This document shows, one piece after another, positions 40,982 through 51,603 of a stretch of 64,000 nt of DNA. The stretch covers positions 1 to 64,000 of the forward strand of contig CAXXHB010000002.1 of the NCBI GenBank assembly GCA_963664815.2. Direction: 5' to 3'. The notes under the pieces were generated by a model. It was given only the letters and a program-made list of their open reading frames with translations, was not told the DNA's origin and ran no database searches. The position numbers and the translations under genes were made by a program. Every line of letters starts with the position of its first letter. The stretch's first letter is position 1. The stretch is from Spirochaetota bacterium. GTDB taxonomy: Bacteria; Spirochaetota; UBA4802; UBA5550.

Positions 40982-42742
40982 ATGCCTGAAATATTCGGAT
41001 GGACCGGCCGAGTTCTCTTAATCAATCTTAATGAGAGATCAGCTTCTGTATTAAATCCCCCACAGAAAGTCTATCATGAATATATCGGTGGAAAAGGAAT
41101 GGCGGGATGGTACCTCCGCTCATATTGCACTAAATCGTGGGATTCTCCGGATATACCTCTTATTTTTTTTACCGGGCCCCTGGTTGACACTGAATCACCA
41201 ACTTCCGGGCGCTTTACCATAATGTCTATGTCTCCTCTTACCGGTGCTATTGCTGACTCATCTGCTGGAGGAAGATTCGGAACTGAGATAAAACGCGCGG
41301 GATTTGATGGAATAATAATTACAGGTTCAAGCACCAACCTCTGCGGATTAATAATTAAAGATGACCTGGTTTCATTTTCCAACGCATCCAGCCTTGCTTT
41401 TAAATCAATCTCTGAAACGTTTTCAGAACTTTCTGAAAATGGATCTAGCGCTGCAATCGGCCCTGCTGCTGAAAATGGAGTTCTCTTTGCCAATATTTCC
41501 TTTGACGGCCATTCTTTTGCAGGACGTTGCGGTCTCGGTCTGGTGATGGCAAAAAAAGGCCTGAAATATATCCATATTGAAGGTTCTGTTCACTCTTCTG
41601 TCTATAACTTGGATGAACTCCGCTCTGCCCGTAAGGATATTCTAAGGCTTGTATCAGCTTCTCCTGCATTATCAGGCGAGTTTGGAATCTCAGAATTCGG
41701 TACCGGAGCCCTTTTTGACCTGATTCACAGCCGACGAATGATGCCAACAGATAATTTCAGAAAAACTCAATTTTCCCATGCCGAACTTATGAATGCATGG
41801 CATTATCGCAAAAAATATGAAACAAAAAAAACCGGATGCAGCGGATGCCATATTCAATGCAAAAAAACCGGCAAAAACGGAGAACCTATTCCCGAATTTG
41901 AAACAATGTCTCACTTCAGTGCACTTATCGGAAATACGGATATAGAAAAAGTGATTGAAGCCTCTCTCATATGCAATGAAGCTGGCATGGATACAATAAG
42001 CGCAGCTTCAACCATTGCCTGCTATATGGAAATAAACAGTCTCATTTGCAAAAAATTTGATTTTTTAAACCTGCTGAAAGATATTTCTCTCTCTCGGGGA
42101 GAAGGTGAATTTCTTAAACTCGGATCTTATAAATACGCATCAGTTAGGAATAAACATGAATGTTCCATGTCAGTAAAAGGTCTTGAACTTCCGTCATATG
42201 ACCCCAGGGGCGCATACGGAATAGCTCTTGCATACGCAACTTCAACAAGGGGGGGCTGTCACCTCAGAGCATATTCCATTTCGAATGAAATTCTCCGCAA
42301 GCCTGTTGCTACGGATCGTTTCTCTTTCAGCGGAAAAGCACGCATAATTAAAGAAGCCGAGGATTTGAATGCCGTTGTTGATTCGCTCACCGCATGTAGA
42401 TTCATCTTTTTCGGCGCTTCCCTTGAAGAATATTCAAAAATTTTCCGTGCAGTAACAGGAGTTGAGTTATATGGTGCTGACCTTATGGCTGTCGGTGAAA
42501 GAGTATATTACAATGAAAGGATTATGAACTACCTTAACGGTTTTACAGGCATTGATGATGACCTCCCTGCAAGATTTTTTAAATGCGCCGGAACCTCCGG
42601 AGAAGGTATAAACATCCCTCCAATTAACAGGGAGGAATTCCTCAATACAAGGGCTAAATACTATAAAATCAGGGGACTCACTTCGGAAGGAAACCCGACA
42701 AAAGAAAAAAGTGAAGAGCTTGGACTTGAATGGATAAGTTAA
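40982..42742 (+). CDS. Aldehyde:ferredoxin oxidoreductase family protein (tungstopterin)
   Basis: YIGGKG, SPLTG, GPAAENG, CxxCxxxC (CSGCHIQC), PEFET, YDPRG, RGGCHL and DDLPARFF. Confidence 0.92.
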   Translation: MPEIFGWTGRVLLINLNERSASVLNPPQKVYHEYIGGKGMAGWYLRSYCTKSWDSPDIPLIFFTGPLVDTESPTSGRFTIMSMSPLTGAIADSSAGGRFGTEIKRAGFDGIIITGSSTNLCGLIIKDDLVSFSNASSLAFKSISETFSELSENGSSAAIGPAAENGVLFANISFDGHSFAGRCGLGLVMAKKGLKYIHIEGSVHSSVYNLDELRSARKDILRLVSASPALSGEFGISEFGTGALFDLIHSRRMMPTDNFRKTQFSHAELMNAWHYRKKYETKKTGCSGCHIQCKKTGKNGEPIPEFETMSHFSALIGNTDIEKVIEASLICNEAGMDTISAASTIACYMEINSLICKKFDFLNLLKDISLSRGEGEFLKLGSYKYASVRNKHECSMSVKGLELPSYDPRGAYGIALAYATSTRGGCHLRAYSISNEILRKPVATDRFSFSGKARIIKEAEDLNAVVDSLTACRFIFFGASLEEYSKIFRAVTGVELYGADLMAVGERVYYNERIMNYLNGFTGIDDDLPARFFKCAGTSGEGINIPPINREEFLNTRAKYYKIRGLTSEGNPTKEKSEELGLEWIS

Positions 42743-43899
42743 CTTCAAAATATTCAAGAAAACTTGAGTCATCAGGACTATGTGCTGATGGTGATCCTCT
42801 TTTCGGCACATTCGATGATGAAGTAATCTGGAGCGACTATCGTCCTGAAAGAGAATCACTCAGTACTGTAATACGCAGCATAAACACCATCAGCTTACTC
42901 TTTTCTGACACCATCGAACCCTACCGATCGATTATCAACTACCTTGCTCAAAACGCTCTCAAAGAAGGACAATGCATCCGCCCCGATGATACTGAAACAA
43001 GAACTTTCCTCCACGATATTCCAGTTGCACAAAGTCTGCGCCCCGAAGAAATAATCCATGCTCTGAAAAGAAGAAAAGGTGTAATTATACCAGGAAGGGG
43101 AATAGTAACATACGGAACAGTAAGCCCTGAACAGGCTTTTATTTTTTTCAGTTCAATATGTTTTTCATGTTATGTTAAGTTTATGACGGATTACTTCTAT
43201 CATAAAAAAGGTTTATTTAAAATGGACGGTGATGTCGATACAATTTATGAGTCTGCCGTTTCATCATACAGAAATACTCTGTCTGGCATTTCATCGATGC
43301 CGTCTATTAAAGGTCCTTTCCAGTCAAATGAAAATGTAGTTGCCGCCATGATAGAAACAGGAAAACTTACAGTTGAAAGCAGGATGGTTGACTCATTTTT
43401 CGGAAATATATCAGTTAAATACAACGATAAAATATACATCAGTCAGACAGGAAGTTCACTTGACGAACTCTCAGGCTGTATAGATCCCTGCCGGCTGGAC
43501 AACTCATCAACAAATGCAATAACAGCATCCAGTGAATTCTCCGCACACCGGGGAATATATAATATCAGCAGCATGAAAACAATCCTTCACGGCCATCCGA
43601 AATATTCAGTTATAATGTCACTGCTCTGTGATAAAATGGATTGCGAAAACAGGGGGGAGTGCCATGTCAGATGCAACAGTAAAAGAATGATAAAAGATAT
43701 ACCTGTTATTCCGGGAGAGATCGGCACAGGACAAACCGGTCTATCAAGAACTCTCCCTTCTGCAATGTCAGGTCGCGGTGCTATTGTTTTAGGTCATGGC
43801 CTGTTTACATCAGGAAAAGAGGATTTCACAGACGCTTTCACCAACCTTATAGATATAGAAAAGACCTGTTTTACAAAATATATTGAAACTATTACATGA
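42730..43899 (+). CDS. Class II aldolase/adducin family protein (two-domain)
   Basis: FGNIS, SSEFSAH, HGHP and GHGLF Zn-ligand pattern in the C-terminal half; aldolase-like N-terminal half; overlaps the AOR stop. Confidence 0.82.
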   Translation: MDKLTSKYSRKLESSGLCADGDPLFGTFDDEVIWSDYRPERESLSTVIRSINTISLLFSDTIEPYRSIINYLAQNALKEGQCIRPDDTETRTFLHDIPVAQSLRPEEIIHALKRRKGVIIPGRGIVTYGTVSPEQAFIFFSSICFSCYVKFMTDYFYHKKGLFKMDGDVDTIYESAVSSYRNTLSGISSMPSIKGPFQSNENVVAAMIETGKLTVESRMVDSFFGNISVKYNDKIYISQTGSSLDELSGCIDPCRLDNSSTNAITASSEFSAHRGIYNISSMKTILHGHPKYSVIMSLLCDKMDCENRGECHVRCNSKRMIKDIPVIPGEIGTGQTGLSRTLPSAMSGRGAIVLGHGLFTSGKEDFTDAFTNLIDIEKTCFTKYIETIT

Positions 43900-43934
43900 T
43901 AAAATTAATATTTATAACTCTTAGTCTATGCCGG

Positions 43935-43950
43935 GAGTTTATATAAACTC
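43935..43950. repeat. Perfect 16-bp palindrome in a convergent intergenic gap
   Basis: GAGTTTATATAAACTC. Confidence 0.6.
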
Positions 43951-44058
43951 TAAAATATTACTGCAGATTTAGTTCTTCTCCTCTGACAAAACAGATTTTA
44001 ACTGAATCTGAACGAAACAGAAGCCTTGCCCTCTCATTAACTGTCGTAATATTATCAT

Positions 44059-44952
44059 TCAATTGTACGAAAAAATTCCATTGTTTATTACTACCTTCCC
44101 ATTCTCCGAATATACATTAAAATTAATTCCGTGCAAACCTTCTCTCTCTACTTTATACCCGGAAAGTCTAAGCACATCACCTGCAACAACAGGGTAGGAG
44201 AACCTCCCTGAAACTTCACGAAACTTTAAAACATCCCTGTCGGCAACTCCATCTATAAGTGCGTTGGTACACATGGCCATAACGCAAACCCCGTGAAGAA
44301 TCCTGCCCGGAAGGCCTGCGGATTTTGCAAAGAAATTGCTTGTATGGATAGGGTTTGTATCATTTGAAATGCGCGCGTATTTTTTCTCCTGCCCTTTTAC
44401 CGTTCTTATTAAAAAGTTCACCTCTTCGCTCCCCGGGATATTCTGAAATGAATACTTCTCCCTTTTTGAAATGCCCCCTTTCCGTTTCTCCACACGTCTG
44501 ACAATAAAGCCTGTTTCTGCTTCAAGAATTAGTCTTCCTTTACTTCTACCTTTAGTTTTTACAAGCAGAAGTTCTCCCGCCTGTGTTTCTGCGATATCTG
44601 CAATAGTCATTTCTACACTTAATATTTCATCATGCGAAACAGTTTCATAAGATCTGAGACTCTGATGCCCATGTACCATATGTAATAGATTCAGATTTAA
44701 TCCCCTGTGTGTGATTATCTGTTTAAAAAGAGGATACAGTTCCTTTGAAAAGAAAAATGGAGGTGCGGGGGAATCATCTTCAACATATTTCTCAAAATCA
44801 TCCCCTGTAGCATCTGCATACCTGTGAATCTCTTTTAACCCGAAAGGACCGTAATCTTTTTTTAGAGTATAACCTATCATACCCCTGTTCATGGATTTCG
44901 AATTTATATTCAGTAAAATTGCCCTGAATACCGGTATATTATTAATAAACAT
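44059..44952 (-). CDS. MaoC/PaaZ-type double hot-dog enoyl-CoA hydratase/dehydratase
   Basis: YADATGD, MVHGHQ and the hydratase motif YARISNDTNPIH...ILHG...RFSYPV. Confidence 0.88.
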   Translation of the reverse strand: MFINNIPVFRAILLNINSKSMNRGMIGYTLKKDYGPFGLKEIHRYADATGDDFEKYVEDDSPAPPFFFSKELYPLFKQIITHRGLNLNLLHMVHGHQSLRSYETVSHDEILSVEMTIADIAETQAGELLLVKTKGRSKGRLILEAETGFIVRRVEKRKGGISKREKYSFQNIPGSEEVNFLIRTVKGQEKKYARISNDTNPIHTSNFFAKSAGLPGRILHGVCVMAMCTNALIDGVADRDVLKFREVSGRFSYPVVAGDVLRLSGYKVEREGLHGINFNVYSENGKVVINNGIFSYN

Positions 44953-44964
44953 AACCCTCAGTCC

Positions 44965-46680
44965 TCACTTTGACCCGTTACTTTTTCTGTCCCACTCACC
45001 TTTTTCACGAAGCTCATCAACAATTTTAACTGCCATGTTCTTCAGGCTCATATAGTCAACCTTCGCAACACGATTAAGGGGCATACATCCCTGTTCAAGA
45101 ATTACTGCATGAAGCGGTCTTGAGTACGATGAGATATCACTGCATGAATCTATAACCTCCCCTGAAGTTATACCGGCGCCTGGAGCAGTCTCGACAAATG
45201 CCATAATCGCTTCCATGTAAATATCATGCTGCACCCCTACACATGCAATTGATGATGCTCTTCCCCCCAGTTTACGGGATATATGATTTACAACATCCTG
45301 CGGATATACCTGATAGCCCTTTGCTTTAATTACAAATTTTGCTCTCCCCACAAAATGAAGGCCTTCATTGTCGTAGTAGCCAAGATCACCAGTATAGCAG
45401 ACTCCATCCTTTGAAAGGGTCTTTGCGGTGTTCCCTTCATCATTATAATAACCAATAAAAATCTGCGGACCGGAAAAGCAAACCTCCCCTATCTTTCCGT
45501 TTTCAAGTACCCTGCCTGCCATACCTTTATTGTCCATAGATTCCCTTATGCTTAGAGGTGTTATCTTCATATCATATCCGATACTTCTTGCAATTTCTTC
45601 AATCATTGCATCTGTTTCTGTATACGTACAGAAACCGGCTGTTTCAGTAAGTCCAAGCCCCGTACCGATCTTCGGTGCCATGGTTTGCATTTTTTTCAGG
45701 AATTCAGCCGGGACCTCCTGTCCTCCATAAAGAATAAAACGGAGTGATGAGAGATCATAACTGGAGTAATCAGGCAACTGCCACTCAAGGTTAAACAGTG
45801 CCGGTATCTGCCCGATGATGGTCACTTTTTCCTGCTCAATGGCCTTGAGGCTTTTTTCAGCATTAAATATATGAAGAATTACAGATTTACATCCACCGAA
45901 GATCGATGTTGCAAGCTGTTCAGTCACACACCCGACATGAGAGGGTGGAAGATTAACAAGCATCGCATCATTCTCCATTATATCAAACGCAACAGAAAGA
46001 CCAATGTTTTGTATTAAAATATTTTCATGGCAAAGAAGAGCCGGTTTAGGAGATCCCGTTGAACCAGTGGTGAATATTATCAAAGCAGGATCTCGTTTAT
46101 CAACCTGCATATGTGCTTTTTTTACTGATCCGGTAAACACGCTCTTAATAAAAACCTTTTTTATATCCTTCACAAACTCTGTTACCCCCTTTGCACCCTC
46201 CATTATGAATTCCGTTTCTTTCTGGAACTGCACCCAGAGTCTTACACCTGAAACATTTTTCATCACTTCAGCAATCATCGGTCGAAAATCAGCAAGAGGA
46301 GTTTTCCCAAGGAAAAAATAGGCCTTTGGTTTTATTTTTTCAAAGCAGTAAATGATCTCCTCTGTTTTAAGCCTGAGATCAAGCGGAGCTATTATAATTC
46401 CTGTTCTATAGCATGCATAGATAAGATAAATGTGCTCTTTAAGCAAGGGAAGAGATGTCGCTATTATATCCCCCTTTTTAAAGCCGGAAATAAGAAGTTT
46501 TGCTGCAAATGCATTTACCGACTGATTAAATTTTTTCCAGCTGATTTTCTCACCTGTGTCAAATTCAGCTATGGCTGTAATGTTTTTTCTTTTTCCGGCA
46601 TAGTGTTGAACATAATCTGCAAGGTTTGGATACAGACTTTGATATGATAATGCTGCAATATTTTCTTTTTTCTCTTTCAT
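44965..46680 (-). CDS. Acyl-CoA synthetase (class I adenylate-forming enzyme)
   Basis: FTTGSTGSPK, GLTET and YTGDLG AMP-binding motifs. Confidence 0.92.
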   Translation of the reverse strand: MKEKKENIAALSYQSLYPNLADYVQHYAGKRKNITAIAEFDTGEKISWKKFNQSVNAFAAKLLISGFKKGDIIATSLPLLKEHIYLIYACYRTGIIIAPLDLRLKTEEIIYCFEKIKPKAYFFLGKTPLADFRPMIAEVMKNVSGVRLWVQFQKETEFIMEGAKGVTEFVKDIKKVFIKSVFTGSVKKAHMQVDKRDPALIIFTTGSTGSPKPALLCHENILIQNIGLSVAFDIMENDAMLVNLPPSHVGCVTEQLATSIFGGCKSVILHIFNAEKSLKAIEQEKVTIIGQIPALFNLEWQLPDYSSYDLSSLRFILYGGQEVPAEFLKKMQTMAPKIGTGLGLTETAGFCTYTETDAMIEEIARSIGYDMKITPLSIRESMDNKGMAGRVLENGKIGEVCFSGPQIFIGYYNDEGNTAKTLSKDGVCYTGDLGYYDNEGLHFVGRAKFVIKAKGYQVYPQDVVNHISRKLGGRASSIACVGVQHDIYMEAIMAFVETAPGAGITSGEVIDSCSDISSYSRPLHAVILEQGCMPLNRVAKVDYMSLKNMAVKIVDELREKGEWDRKSNGSK

Positions 46681-46816
46681 GTATCATCTCCTTAATTATA
46701 CACTTTTTAATTAATGTATAAAAAAACGAAGCTTTTACAAATTAATATTCAGTTTTTTAGATAAAAACGAACCGATTAACTTCAATTTTAACTTTTTTTA
46801 AAAAATGTATTGATAT

Positions 46817-46846
46817 TATTTGTATTTACAAATATTGTATCTACAA
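46817..46846. promoter_or_regulatory. Tandem palindromic operators (probable MarR sites) over the marR promoter
   Basis: TATTTGTA-TT-TACAAATA (46817-46834) and TTGTA-TC-TACAA (46835-46846) immediately after a TTGATA -35-like hexamer. Confidence 0.65.
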
Positions 46847-46863
46847 ATAATCAGGAAGTAAAT

Positions 46864-47310
46864 ATGGACAATTCAGATAAATTATTATACCTCATGTCAA
46901 GATCCATGAACAGGATTAAATATTACTCCATTAGCAAATTCAATGAAGGTGGAATAACTGTTACACCTTCACAGATGGGGATTCTTTTTCTTCTTAAAAA
47001 ATGTGACTCACTACCCATGTCATCGCTTAGCACCACTCTCTCGATCGATAATTCAACACTAACCAGACATGCTGATAAACTTATAAAGAGCGGATTTGTC
47101 AGACGCATACAGGATGGATCAGACAGAAGAGTTCTTAAACTTCAGATAACAGCTGAAGGACTTAAAGAGAGTGAAAAAGCAGGAAAAATTGCAAATAAGG
47201 TTAATGCTGATGTCATATCAGGATTCACTGATGAAGAGATAATTATTTTTTCAAAAGTACTTACAGGAATTATACAAAAATTTGATCCAATACAGAGAGG
47301 TGGTGAATGA
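46864..47310 (+). CDS. MarR-family transcriptional regulator
   Basis: ITVTPSQ, STLTRHADKL.KSGFV.R and DRR wing motif; ATG at 46864. Confidence 0.9.
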   Translation: MDNSDKLLYLMSRSMNRIKYYSISKFNEGGITVTPSQMGILFLLKKCDSLPMSSLSTTLSIDNSTLTRHADKLIKSGFVRRIQDGSDRRVLKLQITAEGLKESEKAGKIANKVNADVISGFTDEEIIIFSKVLTGIIQKFDPIQRGGE

Positions 47311-47795
47311 ACAGATCACTGAATATTTATAACAGGCTGAAGGAATTACCCTTCGGGAAGAGACTATTCTCTTACATCGTATGCAGGCAGGCTCCATACT
47401 TCAGCACAATTCACCCTCGTTTTGAAGAGCTCGAACCGGGTAAGTGTATAATTATTATGAAAAAGCGTAGATCAGTCACCAATCATTTAAAAACAGTTCA
47501 TGCTATTGCCATGTGCAATCTTGTTGAACTTGCAGGGGGAATATGTACTGATGTTTCTGTTCCAGAAGGTGTAAGATGGATACCAAAAGGAATGACTGTT
47601 GAATATTTTTCTCTCGCTAAAACAGACCTTAAAGGAATCTGCAGCATAGACACCAAAAAACTCAGCGCATGGGATTTAAACAATGATTTTCCAGCTGAAG
47701 TAAATCTTTATGATTCGTCAGACAAGGTTGTTATGAAAGGAATAATAAACATGCACCTGTCCAGGAAAAATATTCATAATATTTTACCGAAATAA
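47307..47795 (+). CDS. Hot-dog fold thioesterase (DUF4442 / YiiD-like)
   Basis: APYFSTIHP, NHLKTVHAIAMCNL.E and RWIPKGM.V.Y. Confidence 0.85.
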   Translation: MNRSLNIYNRLKELPFGKRLFSYIVCRQAPYFSTIHPRFEELEPGKCIIIMKKRRSVTNHLKTVHAIAMCNLVELAGGICTDVSVPEGVRWIPKGMTVEYFSLAKTDLKGICSIDTKKLSAWDLNNDFPAEVNLYDSSDKVVMKGIINMHLSRKNIHNILPK

Positions 47796-47863
47796 TTGTT
47801 CTCTGTTAAAAGAAAAAGCTGTACTGTGATAAGAATTAATATTTTTATGGGACATTCTAAAAT

Positions 47864-48415
47864 ATGATATATAGTATTCCTGATTCAGTCTTTATAAAAA
47901 ATATAGTAACCGCTGTTCTGATTATTATTTTTCTGCTCATTTATAAAAACTTCAGAATACATTCCTGGAGGAGAATACTTAAAGAATCCATTGAATACCA
48001 TAAACTCCATCTTTTCTCTTTAAACAAAGATTCTTCGTTAAAACAAAACAGCAGGGAACTGGCTCAATCTTTATTGTGGGGAATTACAAAACAACTACCG
48101 CTTGATTTGAAAGATGGAAAAGGGGCCCGTGCATTACTTAATTCCTTTTCAGGAAACAAAACATCACTTAATACATGCGGTACTGTATTTTACGAATGCG
48201 CGAAAAATCACAAGTCAACCGACATAACAATTTGCAGACTCAATAATACTCTTATAAGTACTCTTTATAGAATCTTTATTATAGAATCATCATTTTCAAT
48301 TATAGGTTTAATTTACTTTGATTTTAAACTATTCACCAGTTTCTTAATAAAAACCCGCAGCAATACCGGATCTTTTTTTCTGGAAATGAAAAGAAGATCA
48401 CTCATAAAAAAATGA
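47864..48415 (+). CDS. Hypothetical membrane-anchored protein
   Basis: 183-aa ORF with N-terminal TM; no family recognised. Confidence 0.55.
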   Translation: MIYSIPDSVFIKNIVTAVLIIIFLLIYKNFRIHSWRRILKESIEYHKLHLFSLNKDSSLKQNSRELAQSLLWGITKQLPLDLKDGKGARALLNSFSGNKTSLNTCGTVFYECAKNHKSTDITICRLNNTLISTLYRIFIIESSFSIIGLIYFDFKLFTSFLIKTRSNTGSFFLEMKRRSLIKK

Positions 48416-48590
48416 TATTTTTAAAATATATTCAATTAATAATTATTTTAACTTCTAAAAAATTTAAAAAAAACAAAATACAACTCCTTGACAGAAAATT
48501 CCATTCGTGTTCTGAGTAGATAATTTTCAGCATAAATATTTTTCAAAGTTCAGCCGGATTGTGCTTACATTCAACATAGCGGAGAATTCA

Positions 48591-49808
48591 ATGATACGTA
48601 TAAATGAAAACTATCTTAAATTAAAATCATCCTACCTGTTTTCTGAAATAGCAAAACGCGTTTCCTCATTTCAAAAAGAACATCCCGAAATGGAGATAAT
48701 CAGAATGGGAATTGGAGATGTTACTTTGCCCCTTCCTCCGGAAATAATAAAGGCATTCCATACAGGTGTTGACGAAATGGCCTCGGAAAAAACATTCCGT
48801 GGTTACGGCCCGGAGCAGGGATACGATTTTCTCCGGGAAGCTATTTCAGAAAATGATTTCCGAAGCCGTGGAGCTGACATTGCCGGAGATGAAATTTTTA
48901 TCAGTGATGGTGCAAAGTGCGACACCGGAAATTTCCAGGAGCTTTTCTCAAACGATATAAAAATAGGTATTCCTGACCCGGTCTACCCGGTTTATGTTGA
49001 CACAAACGTAATGGCAGGGAGAACAGGAATCATCAGTAACGGAAGATACGAAAAACTCGTGTACATGAACTGTACAAGTTCAAACGGATTCGTTCCCGAG
49101 CTCCCGAAAGAACAGGTTGATCTTATTTACCTCTGCTTCCCGAATAATCCGACCGGAGCAACAATTACAAAAGATCAGCTGAAAACATGGGTAGATTTTG
49201 CACATAAAAATAAAGCCCTTATCCTTTTTGATGCAGCATATGAGGCATTTATCAAAGATGAAACACTGCCGAAAAGCATTTATGAAATAAATGGGGCAAA
49301 AGAGGTTGCAGTGGAATTCAGAAGTTTTTCCAAAACTGCTGGATTCACAGGAACAAGGTGTGCCTTTACCGTAGTACCTAAAAACTGTATGGCATATGAT
49401 GATGCAGGCAACCGGCATTCACTACATGCGTTATGGAACAGAAGGCATACAACAAAATTCAACGGAGTCTCCTACCCGGTACAAAAGGCTACTGAAGCCG
49501 TTTACTCCACTGAAGGGAAAAAACAGGTAAAAAAAATAATAGATCACTATATGGAAAATGCCCGTATAATTAAAGAAAAGATGAACTCTATGGGTTATGA
49601 AAGCACGGGGGGTGAAAACTCACCTTACATATGGATAAACACAAAGACCGGTTCATGGGAATTTTTTGATATGCTTCTTACAAAACTCGGTGTTGTGTGT
49701 ACACCCGGAGAAGGTTTTGGCATGTGTGGAGAGGGATACATAAGAATAAGTGCATTTAACAGTCGGGAGAATGTTATTAAAGCAATGGAGAGAATTTCAA
49801 GATTGTAG
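48591..49808 (+). CDS. dapL: LL-diaminopimelate aminotransferase
   Basis: [44 protein letters not shown]; ATG at 48591 after GGAG. Confidence 0.96.
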   Translation: MIRINENYLKLKSSYLFSEIAKRVSSFQKEHPEMEIIRMGIGDVTLPLPPEIIKAFHTGVDEMASEKTFRGYGPEQGYDFLREAISENDFRSRGADIAGDEIFISDGAKCDTGNFQELFSNDIKIGIPDPVYPVYVDTNVMAGRTGIISNGRYEKLVYMNCTSSNGFVPELPKEQVDLIYLCFPNNPTGATITKDQLKTWVDFAHKNKALILFDAAYEAFIKDETLPKSIYEINGAKEVAVEFRSFSKTAGFTGTRCAFTVVPKNCMAYDDAGNRHSLHALWNRRHTTKFNGVSYPVQKATEAVYSTEGKKQVKKIIDHYMENARIIKEKMNSMGYESTGGENSPYIWINTKTGSWEFFDMLLTKLGVVCTPGEGFGMCGEGYIRISAFNSRENVIKAMERISRL

Positions 49809-49812
49809 AAAT

Positions 49813-49859
49813 CCTCCCCATCCGGCCTGCGGGTACCTTCCCTACAATCGGGGAAGGTA
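49813..49859. repeat. GC-rich REP-like hairpin / bidirectional terminator
   Basis: CCTCCCCATCCGGCCTGCGGG followed by TACCTTCCC-N8-GGGAAGGTA, between convergent genes. Confidence 0.55.
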
Positions 49860-49870
49860 TATTATGAAAT

Positions 49871-50659
49871 TTATTTTGCGGCCATCCCGCCATCAAGTGG
49901 AATAATTGCACCTGTCATAAAATCTGAAGCCCGTGAAGAGAGAAATACTACCAGACCCTTAATATCATCTGCTTCACCAGCTTTTTTAAGCGGCATAACA
50001 TCCAGCATAGCCTTCAGCATATTTTCCATACCCGGCTCGTAAACATATCCCATCATATCTGTATGGAAAAAACCGGGGGCAATACAGTTTACATATATTT
50101 TATGATCAGCAAGTTTTACAGCAAGATTCTTCGTAAGCACTTCTATTGCAGCCTTTGATGAGTTATAAGCAATAGCGGGATGAGCAAACTCAAGTGAACC
50201 CCTGGAACCAAATACTGACGAAACATTAATTATCTTCCCTCCGCCGTTGACTTTCATAATATTCGCAACTTTTTGTGTCAGTATCCATACGCCGCGAACA
50301 TTAACGTTAAATACTTTATCCCATGCCTCAACAGGATATTCCAGTGTAGGAGCGCCCCATGTAACCCCGGAATTGTTTACAAGAATATCAATTTTTCCGA
50401 ACTCCTTCATTGTTGCATCAACAAGTTTTTTTATATCATCTTCTTTACCAAGATCACATTTTACTGCAAGATATTTAATTCCGTTTGCTGCGGCAAGCTT
50501 CTTCCCGGTCTCTTCACATGCATCAACCTTTCTTGATGCCAAAACAATTGATGCTCCGGCTTCAGCTAAACCTTCGGCAATAAACTCACCAATTCCTCTT
50601 CCACCGCCGGTTATTATAGCCACTTTACCGGTGAGATCAAACATATCTTTAACTTTCAT
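49871..50659 (-). CDS. SDR family oxidoreductase (gluconate 5-dehydrogenase/FabG-like)
   Basis: TGGGRGIG, NNSG, YNSSK and IAPG. Confidence 0.92.
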   Translation of the reverse strand: MKVKDMFDLTGKVAIITGGGRGIGEFIAEGLAEAGASIVLASRKVDACEETGKKLAAANGIKYLAVKCDLGKEDDIKKLVDATMKEFGKIDILVNNSGVTWGAPTLEYPVEAWDKVFNVNVRGVWILTQKVANIMKVNGGGKIINVSSVFGSRGSLEFAHPAIAYNSSKAAIEVLTKNLAVKLADHKIYVNCIAPGFFHTDMMGYVYEPGMENMLKAMLDVMPLKKAGEADDIKGLVVFLSSRASDFMTGAIIPLDGGMAAK

Positions 50660-51106
50660 TGCAGGACTCCTTTTGTCAGTTTCAGGCAGAGTTTACAGGA
50701 TTAAATTAAATAGCCGGTAAAACAATCTTTGAAATACTGCAGCTTTTTAAAAGATATTTTACTGCAACAGTAATATTTAATCTGCACCGCCTATTGTACA
50801 AGTATTCAATAATATATTTAAATTAGTCAATATGTTTTACTCCTTGCCTGCACAGAATTGAATCGTAGTTTATGGTCTTAAATCTTATAAATTAATACTG
50901 GAAAGACTTAATTTCTTTAAATATCCTTGATCTTTTTTTACTTAATTTATAAATAAGCTGTTTATTAGTGTTACGCTTTATAACCGTTCTATTAATCATT
51001 GGCCTGAAAATAATAAATTTCAGTTTGATATGCCTTAGTTTCTTAAAATATTAATTGCTTGCTAAATAAAAATATTCATGTTAATATTAATGAAAGAGGT
51101 TTCGTT

Positions 51107-51523
51107 ATGAGTGAGAATGTTTTTCGTAATCCTTTTCCTACAGTAGACATAATTATCGAAATTGAAAAATCTCACAGTAAAGGAATCGTTCTTGTTAAAC
51201 GTAAAAATCCCCCTCACGGCTGGGCAATTCCCGGAGGATTTGTTGACTACAACGAACCGCTCGAAAAGGCTGCAATAAGAGAAGCTGAAGAAGAGACAGG
51301 TCTAAAAGTAAACCTTATCCGGCAGTTCCATACATATTCAGATCCCGGAAGAGACCCCCGTCACCATACTATTTCAACAGTTTTTATTGCAACTGCTTCC
51401 GGCAAACCCGAGGGGCATGATGATGCTGCGGACGCGGCTGTATTTCTGAAAAATGAAATTCCGGGAAAATTGGCTTTCGATCATAAATCAATATTAGAAG
51501 ATTATTTTAATAATAAGTATTAA
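51107..51523 (+). CDS. Nudix hydrolase
   Basis: Nudix box [28 protein letters not shown] and LAFDH; ATG at 51107. Confidence 0.92.
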   Translation: MSENVFRNPFPTVDIIIEIEKSHSKGIVLVKRKNPPHGWAIPGGFVDYNEPLEKAAIREAEEETGLKVNLIRQFHTYSDPGRDPRHHTISTVFIATASGKPEGHDDAADAAVFLKNEIPGKLAFDHKSILEDYFNNKY

Positions 51524-51603
51524 TACAGACTAACTGCAAGAGCCTTGAGCGTTTTTACAACCATGACTTGACTCTGGACTCTTCAGTATGAACGGAGGTT
51601 TTT

